This document shows, in pieces, positions 1 to 6,703 of a stretch of 24,178 bases of DNA; position 1 is the stretch's first letter, and the number at the start of each line of letters is the position of its first letter. The translations under genes and the position numbers were made by a program. Origin of the DNA: a virus. Its lineage: Duplodnaviria > Caudoviricetes. The stretch is taken from positions 1-24,178 of the IMG/VR virus record IMGVR_UViG_3300025392_000943. One strand, written 5' to 3'. The notes beneath the pieces were generated by a model. That model was given only the letters and a program-made list of their open reading frames with translations. It made no database searches and was not told where the DNA came from.

Positions 1-2
1 GC

Positions 3-548
3 GATGCATATCATTGCCTAATTGTACCAACTGAAAATATACCAGATATCTATCATGATGCTATTATTAACTTAGTAGAAAGTGGTACAGGTCAAGATGC
101 ATATGAATTTGCCGATGTATTAGCAAGAGCACAATTTCCAGATGGTAGTATTATGCTAAGTTGGTTACACGTTAATGGACGTTTAATTAAAGCACAAACT
201 AGCGAAATTGAAATGACTCCTACTACAAATTATGGTATTTTGTTATCCGAGTTAAATCAAATTATTGCTGAACAGCGCGGCATTGCTATCGATGATTTAT
301 CAATTAAATCTGATACTCCTGAAAAAACAGAAGCTCGTCCAATAAGCGAAATTGATAAAATGCCTAAGGTAACTGCTACTGTTGAACAAGTAGTACAACC
401 TACAGTTCAAACTACCGATCCAGTAAGTTTTGATAGCCCAGAAGCAGAAGCTAAATGGTATCGTAGTCAGTCTGATAGACTAGCTAAAGAGGCCGCTAAC
501 TATCGTCGTAAAGCAGAGGAATTGGTTCCGACCAAAAAAAAGGCATAA
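3..548 (+). CDS. Hypothetical phage protein, 5'-truncated by the window edge
   Basis: The frame of the 153..548 ORF is open back to base 3 (DAYHCLIVPTENIPDIYHDAIINLVESGTGQDAYEFADVLARAQFPDGSI-MLSWLH...), so ATG153 is probably internal. It ends in a charged, helical-looking tail (AEAKWYRSQSDRLAKEAANYRRKAEEL). Confidence 0.8.
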   Translation, partial: DAYHCLIVPTENIPDIYHDAIINLVESGTGQDAYEFADVLARAQFPDGSIMLSWLHVNGRLIKAQTSEIEMTPTTNYGILLSELNQIIAEQRGIAIDDLSIKSDTPEKTEARPISEIDKMPKVTATVEQVVQPTVQTTDPVSFDSPEAEAKWYRSQSDRLAKEAANYRRKAEELVPTKKKA

Positions 549-869
549 GTGACTAACTCGGGAAGACATCTTCCCAAGGAAGTTATTAAGCATTGGCCAG
601 AAGTATTCGAGGATGTACGATTAAATGTCGTACCTATGGAATACCTACATACCGTTTTGGTCAATTTTAAAGACGGCAAGACTTGGGAAATAAAAATAAC
701 ACAGCAAACAAAACGCAATGGATGGAGTGCCTTCGAAAAGAGTTTAGCCGAACTTTGTAAAAATTACGAAACAAAAATAAACGATATCGATTTTAAATTA
801 GATACACATAAAGTTAAAAGAGATATAGAAAAAAGCACTCAAAAATTTTTAAAAAGAAAGAAGTTATAA
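549..869 (+). CDS. Hypothetical protein, 106 aa, Lys-rich C-terminus
   Basis: GTG start directly follows the upstream TAA (546-548), and the stop lies 3 nt before thyX, giving operon-like packing. No recognisable motif. Confidence 0.75.
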   Translation: MTNSGRHLPKEVIKHWPEVFEDVRLNVVPMEYLHTVLVNFKDGKTWEIKITQQTKRNGWSAFEKSLAELCKNYETKINDIDFKLDTHKVKRDIEKSTQKFLKRKKL

Positions 870-872
870 ATA

Positions 873-1559
873 ATGAATGTTAGACTACTTAGCTTCAGTC
901 AACCGACTCCAGAATTTGCTAGTATGGGAATCACTGACGCCCAAGAACTCATTGCCTATTGTGCCAGAGTCTCAAACCCAAGTAATCAACTCAACACAGA
1001 AACTAGTGAGAAGCTTATCAAGTACCTCATTAAACACCAGCATTGGAGCCCACTTGAAATGGTCTCAGCTTGCATTGAAATTACAACAACTAGAGACATT
1101 GCCCGTCAGATCCTTAGACACAGAAGTTTTAGTTTCCAGGAGTTTAGCCAACGCTATGCTGACCCGACAAAGGATCTCAACTTTGTACTTAGAGATGCCC
1201 GCAGGCAAGACCTCAAGAATAGACAGAATAGTGTAGAGTTAGATATTCACGGTAATGACGAAGATCGGTTTTTAGCATATCAATGGGAACGTATGCAAGA
1301 GCTAGTTATCAAACAATCACGCGAAGCATATGAATGGGCTATATTAAAAGGCATTGCCAAAGAACAAGCTCGTGCTGTACTACCAGAAGGATTGATTGAA
1401 AGCCGTTTGTATATGAATGGCACACTACGTAGTTGGATTCATTTTATTGAATTACGCAGTGCAAATGGTACTCAAAAAGAGCATCAGGAAGTTGCTGTTG
1501 CTTGCGCTAAAGTGATAGCTGAGATTTTTCCGCTAGCCAACGAGCTTCTAGCCAACTAA
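873..1559 (+). CDS. thyX: Flavin-dependent thymidylate synthase ThyX (Thy1)
   Basis: Contains the ThyX signature RHRX7S as RHRSFSFQEFSQRY, plus AYCARVS, HWSPLE, KEQARAVLP, LRSWIHFIELR and TQKEH. Length of 228 aa is typical. Confidence 0.97.
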   Translation: MNVRLLSFSQPTPEFASMGITDAQELIAYCARVSNPSNQLNTETSEKLIKYLIKHQHWSPLEMVSACIEITTTRDIARQILRHRSFSFQEFSQRYADPTKDLNFVLRDARRQDLKNRQNSVELDIHGNDEDRFLAYQWERMQELVIKQSREAYEWAILKGIAKEQARAVLPEGLIESRLYMNGTLRSWIHFIELRSANGTQKEHQEVAVACAKVIAEIFPLANELLAN

Positions 1560-2187
1560 AATCATTTATTTTAGCAAGTGCCTCCGGATTGGAGGCATTT
1601 TTTTCTCCGTATTGTTTACCAGCAAGTGCTCCTAAAAAAGCATAAAATCCGTATTCTGCATTTTCATTTAGTGTACACCATACATTTAATCTATCTAAAG
1701 ATTCTGGATCATTAGTAACTGCTAATTTACAACACTCTCGAAACGCACTTCTCCATGTACTATAATCGTCAGTATTGAAAGCAGTTATATTGCTAATAGC
1801 ATCTATAAGATTAAATTTATTACTAATATTAGTAGTCATATCTATAGTATTAGTATTCAATTCCATAGTAAGTTTTTTTGGCAATAGTTTAACTCCACCA
1901 TAACCATAACTTAAATTATTGATAGGATTTAAACTTTTCCATACATGCACTGCATCTAAATCCCACTCAGGAACTTCATAGTCAAAATTAAAATTGTTTA
2001 ATATAATTGCATCTGCATCTACTACCCAGAACATTTTTGTAAAGGATTTTTTGGCGGCGGCAATGTGGGCGTTATGTATCCCTGTAATACCACTAACTCT
2101 TTTAGCTAATGGAAATCTTTCTTTTAACTGAAGAAAATTTTCATCTGCATAAGGTTCTTTATAACTGATGAATATGATGTCGTACAT
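1507..2187 (-). CDS. Putative GT-A fold (GT2-like) glycosyltransferase, 226 aa
   Basis: N-terminal strand DIIFISYKE, then GIHNAHIAAAKKSFTKMFWVVDADA, which matches the GT2-like helix-strand-DxD arrangement. Paralog of 2187..3080 (shared N.L.YG.GG.KL and WR..FRE..K). Confidence 0.65.
   Translation of the reverse strand: MYDIIFISYKEPYADENFLQLKERFPLAKRVSGITGIHNAHIAAAKKSFTKMFWVVDADAIILNNFNFDYEVPEWDLDAVHVWKSLNPINNLSYGYGGVKLLPKKLTMELNTNTIDMTTNISNKFNLIDAISNITAFNTDDYSTWRSAFRECCKLAVTNDPESLDRLNVWCTLNENAEYGFYAFLGALAGKQYGEKNASNPEALAKINDFSWLEARWLAEKSQLSL
1579..1604 (+). terminator. Rho-independent terminator for the thyX transcript, embedded in the opposite-strand CDS
   Basis: TGCCTCC-GGATT-GGAGGCA (7-bp GC-rich stem) followed by T7, starting 20 nt after the thyX stop codon. 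Confidence 0.8.
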
Positions 2188-3080
2188 TATCTTTTAGTTC
2201 TTCTAGGTACATTACGATAAACTGTTTTAAAAAATTTACTTCCTGCGCCATCTAAATTAGCAATTTCTAAATTTAATTTTGTCTTTAATTCTGATGCTAA
2301 GAAATTAACATAAGAAGATAACACATCCGAAGTAGAGTTTGCATGCCTATCATTCCAGTATTTTTCTAGCCAATCAAAATCTCTAACATTACTATAATCC
2401 CAATCTGAACACATGGTCATATAACATCCTTCTCTAGCACCAAGTATGCTATAAATTCCGTTTTCTACATCTGCGCCTATACTACACCAAATAAGTAATC
2501 TGTTATAATTTTGCCACCAAATTTCTTTTAAATCTTTTGATTTTGCGCCTTCTACTAAACACATCTTTACACCTTCACGAAATCCTGCTCTCCATGCTTG
2601 CTCTGGTGTTGAGTTAGTAAAACTTTCACTGTAACAATCGTTAAATTGATAATATTTGTCATCAAAACAAAATTCAACTCTTCCTTTATCATCGTTAGGA
2701 TCTGAATTTTCATGTGTTTGCATTGCATTGACAAATTTACGTGTCCATAATTTTAATCCGCCATTTCCATACATTAATCCATTTACGTGAACATTACCAC
2801 ACCAACTAAAAACATGATCTGGTGTAAGTCCAAGTGCATCCAAATCGATTTCTACTTCTAGATATTTAGGATCAATAATATTGTCTCCGTCTACTGTAAC
2901 AAAATATTCAGTTTCACTTTGCGCGGCACATGCTTTATGAGCGGCGTCTGATCCTTTGACACCATGTACACGTTTAGCCCAGGGTACTTTAGTTAATAAA
3001 TCCGCATAATTTTTTTCAGCATTTGGTTCGTTATAACTTAAAAAAATTATATCTTGCTCTATAATTTTAATTTTACTCAT
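2187..3080 (-). CDS. Putative GT-A fold (GT2-like) glycosyltransferase, 297 aa
   Basis: DIIFLSYNE...KRVHGVKGSDAAHKACAAQSETEYFVTVDGDN (DxD), NGLMYGNGGLKLW and AWRAGFREGVKM. Its stop overlaps the next start (TAATG). Confidence 0.65.
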   Translation of the reverse strand: MSKIKIIEQDIIFLSYNEPNAEKNYADLLTKVPWAKRVHGVKGSDAAHKACAAQSETEYFVTVDGDNIIDPKYLEVEIDLDALGLTPDHVFSWCGNVHVNGLMYGNGGLKLWTRKFVNAMQTHENSDPNDDKGRVEFCFDDKYYQFNDCYSESFTNSTPEQAWRAGFREGVKMCLVEGAKSKDLKEIWWQNYNRLLIWCSIGADVENGIYSILGAREGCYMTMCSDWDYSNVRDFDWLEKYWNDRHANSTSDVLSSYVNFLASELKTKLNLEIANLDGAGSKFFKTVYRNVPRRTKR

Positions 3081-3687
3081 TTATAATCCTTAACTTATGA
3101 GATTCAAACATTAATCTGGTTGCTATTGAAATCTTTTTTATTTGTTTTTCTAAATTGCTTTCAAATGGTATACCTACACACACTTGAGATAAAAATTTAT
3201 CGCCGTCTACCACTATTGTTCTAATTAAAAAGTCATAATCGCTTTCTAACAATACAAAAAATAATAGTTTGTTTCCAGATATTTTTGGAGAAAGATTTTT
3301 CTTAGCAACTATAGATGCAAAAAAATTCCATTCATTTTTAGGAAGATTCCACTCTACAATTAAATCAGGATCTTTAACATTACTATCAGTTATAATATCC
3401 AAAGTAGTACTTTTAAAAGAGTGGGCCTCTTCCACTTTAGATCGCATTGTAAAAATCGATTTATCTTCAATTTTTACATAACCTAACAAATAATCACTAA
3501 ACTTTTCCTTTCCTAGAATTAATTTTTCATAGGTATCAAAATTAATTTCAAGGAACGCAGGATAGCTATCTAATTTTTCATTACTAATAGATAGCAATAC
3601 ATTAGTTGCCGGATCATAGTAGGCAAAATAACTGTTTGTTACCACTGGAGGTGGAGGAGGCAGTATCTTTTTCTTTTTACGAACCAT
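3073..3687 (-). CDS. Hypothetical protein, 204 aa, within the glycosyltransferase cassette
   Basis: GAGGAG Shine-Dalgarno 7 nt before the ATG. Overlaps both neighbours. N-terminus is MVRKKKKILPPPPP. Confidence 0.75.
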   Translation of the reverse strand: MVRKKKKILPPPPPVVTNSYFAYYDPATNVLLSISNEKLDSYPAFLEINFDTYEKLILGKEKFSDYLLGYVKIEDKSIFTMRSKVEEAHSFKSTTLDIITDSNVKDPDLIVEWNLPKNEWNFFASIVAKKNLSPKISGNKLLFFVLLESDYDFLIRTIVVDGDKFLSQVCVGIPFESNLEKQIKKISIATRLMFESHKLRIINE

Positions 3688-4522
3688 TTACTAACTCCTC
3701 TAATTTTTTGATTAACGGTAATGTTAAAAAGTCTTTATCTACATAATGAAATAATCTTGTTTGTCTAATATTAGAAACAGTAAATTCTCCCTTAGAATTT
3801 AAAGAATGTTGTACTGCATTTTGCCAACTTGAAGGAGTATAATCCCAACCTTGTATCGGAGACTTCATGTGTATAAATTCTAAAGGATTACATTTATCAA
3901 GTACATCATCTTGCATGCCAGAAATCTCAATTGCTATTGCAGTTGCTAAATCCATGCTGGGCCATTCCTGAGGATCATTTGGTGCAAATGTTCCTCGACA
4001 AAATTCCCAATTATTAACAACAAATTCTAATACCTTATAAAATTCAAAAGATGCTTGATTCTTTTTAAAATAATGTAAAGCAAAATAAGGATTAGAAAGG
4101 TTATTAGATATGAAAGTTTTTCTATGATATATATCAACTAAGACAGGTTCTTGTTTATAATTAAAAATTTTTGAGCAAAATCTCATATCAAAATTACTAC
4201 AATAATCCCACCAATAACTGATGTCATCTAGTACTAACATATCGGTATCTAATACAAATGTTTCATCATACGGTGTTGCATAATAAAATTTCCAACGATT
4301 TTCTACTCTAAATGCAGATTCCTTATCTTTATCAAACCACGGAATTGGAATTATTTGATCAAACACAGATTTATATTCATCAGGAACAAGATCATTTGTA
4401 ATAATAGATATATTGCTAATAGTACTTTGTGTATGTTTTATACTCAATGCCAATGCATAGGCTTGCTGAACATAGTCAACTGTTTCTGTATTTTGTGCTA
4501 ATACTAAAAATCCTTTAGACAC
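3677..4522 (-). CDS. Putative GT-A fold nucleotide-diphospho-sugar transferase (GT8/GT71-like), about 281 aa
   Basis: KGFLVLA...DYVQQAYALALSIK...ISIITN...VFDQII...ATPYDETFVLDTDML (DxD)...FIHMK follows the GT8-like layout. I moved the start from ATG4534 to GTG4522 because GGAGG lies 5 nt before that GTG and the N-terminus then aligns with its paralog (MSKGFLV vs MTTGALI). Confidence 0.7.
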   Translation of the reverse strand: MSKGFLVLAQNTETVDYVQQAYALALSIKHTQSTISNISIITNDLVPDEYKSVFDQIIPIPWFDKDKESAFRVENRWKFYYATPYDETFVLDTDMLVLDDISYWWDYCSNFDMRFCSKIFNYKQEPVLVDIYHRKTFISNNLSNPYFALHYFKKNQASFEFYKVLEFVVNNWEFCRGTFAPNDPQEWPSMDLATAIAIEISGMQDDVLDKCNPLEFIHMKSPIQGWDYTPSSWQNAVQHSLNSKGEFTVSNIRQTRLFHYVDKDFLTLPLIKKLEELVNGS

Positions 4523-5363
4523 CAGAACCTCCATCGATAAACCTACTCAAGCTCATTTTATTCATTACATGAACATCTAAGTCTGTTGTTTTTGCTACAA
4601 TATATTCGCCTAAATAATTTTTTTTCTGCGTTAAAAACTTCATTTTACTATCATCGGCTGAAATTAAAATATCAGTATCTGCGGCAAATATCATCTTGCC
4701 AGGAAGTTCTATAGCAAACCCCTCTAAATGTTTTCCGTTCATGATGTGTATTGCAATGCTAAACGCATAATCATTCCTGAAAGTAGAAGAATTTATATTA
4801 TAAAGTAATTTAAAGTATACCCAATTTTCTTTAATATATGTTACTAGATCAAAAAATGCCTGTGTAATTGTATTTTTTTGAAACACAAAAGCAGTAGCCC
4901 AATAAAAAGGAATACTATACTGATTAATTCTTTGAAAATCTGCAGAGTTTCTTTCGTATGCTAAATCAAAACTATTTCGATAAATTTGAAAATCATAATT
5001 ATTTTCAAGTGCAGATTTTAAAATACTTGAATTTAACACATAATCACTATCAATGACTAAAGTTCTATCATATGGAGTTAAATCATATACTGTACTTCTA
5101 GCAAAATTTTTCCATTGAAGTCTTTTTGTACTTAAACTTCCGTCATAAAAGTTCTTTTCTTGAATATTTTTTTCTGTTTGTATTTCAATAATTTGATCAA
5201 ATTTATGATCAGGATAAACAGACAACAGATAGTCTGTCGAATCTGTAACTATTGATACTGGAATGTTTAAATATTTTTCAATTCGAGAGGCTGCAAATGT
5301 AGCTAATTTTACATAGTCTATGCTTGCATTATTTTGCGCAAAAATTAATGCACCAGTTGTCAT
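4515..5363 (-). CDS. Putative GT-A fold nucleotide-diphospho-sugar transferase (GT8/GT71-like), 282 aa
   Basis: GALIFAQNN..IDYVKLA...VSIVTD...FDQII...LTPYDRTLVIDSDY (DxD)...RNDYAFSIAIHI...HVMNK. Paralog of 3677..4522. Its start overlaps the upstream stop (ATGA). Confidence 0.7.
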   Translation of the reverse strand: MTTGALIFAQNNASIDYVKLATFAASRIEKYLNIPVSIVTDSTDYLLSVYPDHKFDQIIEIQTEKNIQEKNFYDGSLSTKRLQWKNFARSTVYDLTPYDRTLVIDSDYVLNSSILKSALENNYDFQIYRNSFDLAYERNSADFQRINQYSIPFYWATAFVFQKNTITQAFFDLVTYIKENWVYFKLLYNINSSTFRNDYAFSIAIHIMNGKHLEGFAIELPGKMIFAADTDILISADDSKMKFLTQKKNYLGEYIVAKTTDLDVHVMNKMSLSRFIDGGSGV

Positions 5364-5710
5364 AACTCAACAATATCTGAAATTTTACGCTTACTTCTAA
5401 TTTCAGCATACTTGGCCGCATAAGAGTTAGTTGATTCAAAATAAATCAATGTTATATCATCGAAGAATTTTTGAACATCATTAATAATAACTGGAAAATT
5501 ATTTGAATCTAAAAATGCCACATCTTCTAAATGATCTAAATCTACTAGACACTTAGTAAAAGAAATTAGCTCGGGGGAAATTTTAAATGTGGCACCGTTA
5601 ATATAGTATATTAACTTTTGATTATATTCTTCAAGTAGTATTCTTCTTTGATTTGACAAGGTTGCCATATAATTGGCAACAGCAAATGCTTTTTCAATTC
5701 TTTCATCCAT
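5360..5710 (-). CDS. Hypothetical protein, 116 aa, first gene of the glycosyltransferase cassette
   Basis: GGAG Shine-Dalgarno 6 nt before the ATG and ATGA coupling to the next gene. No recognisable motif. Confidence 0.75.
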   Translation of the reverse strand: MDERIEKAFAVANYMATLSNQRRILLEEYNQKLIYYINGATFKISPELISFTKCLVDLDHLEDVAFLDSNNFPVIINDVQKFFDDITLIYFESTNSYAAKYAEIRSKRKISDIVEL

Positions 5711-5753
5711 AGATAACTCCGTAGTATACGATAATATACTACTTTAATTATCT
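5711..5753 (-). promoter_or_regulatory. Extended inverted repeat: RBS-sequestering hairpin and/or operator
   Basis: Minus strand reads AGATAATT-AAA-GTAGTATA-TTATCG-TATACTAC-GG-AGTTATCT-ATG. This gives a perfect 8-bp inner stem and an 8-bp outer stem with one G-U pair, enclosing the GGAG Shine-Dalgarno. Confidence 0.65.
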
Positions 5754-5759
5754 TGTCAA
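5731..5759 (-). promoter_or_regulatory. Sigma70-type promoter for the six-gene cassette
   Basis: Minus strand reads TTGACA (5759-5754), a 17-nt spacer, then TATTAT (5736-5731): perfect -35, 5/6 -10 and optimal spacing, 20 nt upstream of ATG5710. Confidence 0.7.
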
Positions 5760-5777
5760 TGGATTAGGTTAGGGCAA

Positions 5778-6674
5778 TTACGGCCCAGTAGAAGTTACGC
5801 TAGGAGTATATCCAGACACGGATACGTTTGAACCAGATGCATAATAACCTTGAACTGTACTAGTTAAAGTACCTTCAACATTTTCGTCAACTCCAAATCC
5901 GCCCGGAGCTGAAAGATCTTGGAATTCCATAATAAACGTAATAATAGCACCAGAGCCATCGACTTTAGCACGAATATCGTATTGGTTTGGACTATATGTA
6001 GGACTACTTGTTGATTTAGTAAACAATGTTTGATAACCAGTGTTTAATTGATAGAACCCGATACTACCTGCGGCGCTGCCTGAACCAGAAGTTGCTGTAG
6101 TACTTAAATTCATTGTAATAGTACCCATATTAGACAACATGGTTGCCCAATCATTACTTTTTACATAGCTGCCGTCGCTTGGAAAATTACTATTGCTTGC
6201 ACTAAACTGTACATTACCACCAGAATTAAAATAATATCTTGCGGCATTATAGCTTGGAAACTGTAAGGTAACTGTATGTGTTATTGTACCGTTCCAAGCA
6301 GTTGATCGAGAACTAGAATTAAATGTTGTTAATGTTGCTTGCCCTGAAGGAGGTGTTACATTTTGATTAGCAAGAACTAATTGTGCAAAATTATAGTATG
6401 CCGCACGGTCAGTTTCTCTAACAATCGTAGTGGTAGTGATTGGTGTTAGCTGGCCGCCTTCGTTATTACCTGTTTGATGTTGACGAGCCGCTAAAAGATC
6501 GTTACGCAATAGAACCCAATCGCTAGCAACAATCTTGCCGCCGACTGATACTTGTCCACTAGTAACTGTTTGTCCGTAGCCGGTTGATCCCGATCCTGTA
6601 CCTAAAACATTAGAGATGGTTGTTTGGATTGAATTATAATCACTAGCCCGAATCGGGGTACCTTGTCCAGCCAT
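5778..6674 (-). CDS. Putative virion structural (tail/baseplate-associated) protein, 298 aa
   Basis: Rich in Gly/Ser/Thr/Asn with few charged residues and a beta-rich look. AAGGA Shine-Dalgarno. Co-oriented directly downstream of the fibre genes. Function inferred from composition and context only. Confidence 0.6.
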   Translation of the reverse strand: MAGQGTPIRASDYNSIQTTISNVLGTGSGSTGYGQTVTSGQVSVGGKIVASDWVLLRNDLLAARQHQTGNNEGGQLTPITTTTIVRETDRAAYYNFAQLVLANQNVTPPSGQATLTTFNSSSRSTAWNGTITHTVTLQFPSYNAARYYFNSGGNVQFSASNSNFPSDGSYVKSNDWATMLSNMGTITMNLSTTATSGSGSAAGSIGFYQLNTGYQTLFTKSTSSPTYSPNQYDIRAKVDGSGAIITFIMEFQDLSAPGGFGVDENVEGTLTSTVQGYYASGSNVSVSGYTPSVTSTGP

Positions 6675-6696
6675 TTTTTATCCTTTTATAACTTCT

Positions 6697-6703
6697 TATT
6701 TAC
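6697..6703 (-). promoter_or_regulatory. Possible late promoter core (GTAAATA)
   Basis: TAAATA core 22 nt upstream of ATG6674, at similar spacing to the other two sites, but it includes the upstream TAA stop codon. Confidence 0.35.

Noticed and set aside
500-718. 72-aa minus-strand ORF
   Set aside because: Antisense to two well-packed + strand genes, with no motif.
865-872. Perfect T4 late consensus TATAAATA immediately before thyX
   Set aside because: It abuts ATG873, so a transcript would begin inside thyX. It is also explained by the upstream TTA-TAA codons in AT-rich DNA.
877-1236. 119-aa out-of-frame ORF nested in thyX, starting about where a TATAAATA-driven leaderless transcript might begin
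   Set aside because: No recognisable protein features, and it lies wholly within a conserved enzyme gene. Most likely a chance open frame unless a start site and peptides are found.
4523-4534. ATG4534 as start of the 285-aa ORF
   Set aside because: The GGAGG Shine-Dalgarno overlaps this ATG and is correctly spaced for GTG4522, which also aligns with the paralog's N-terminus.
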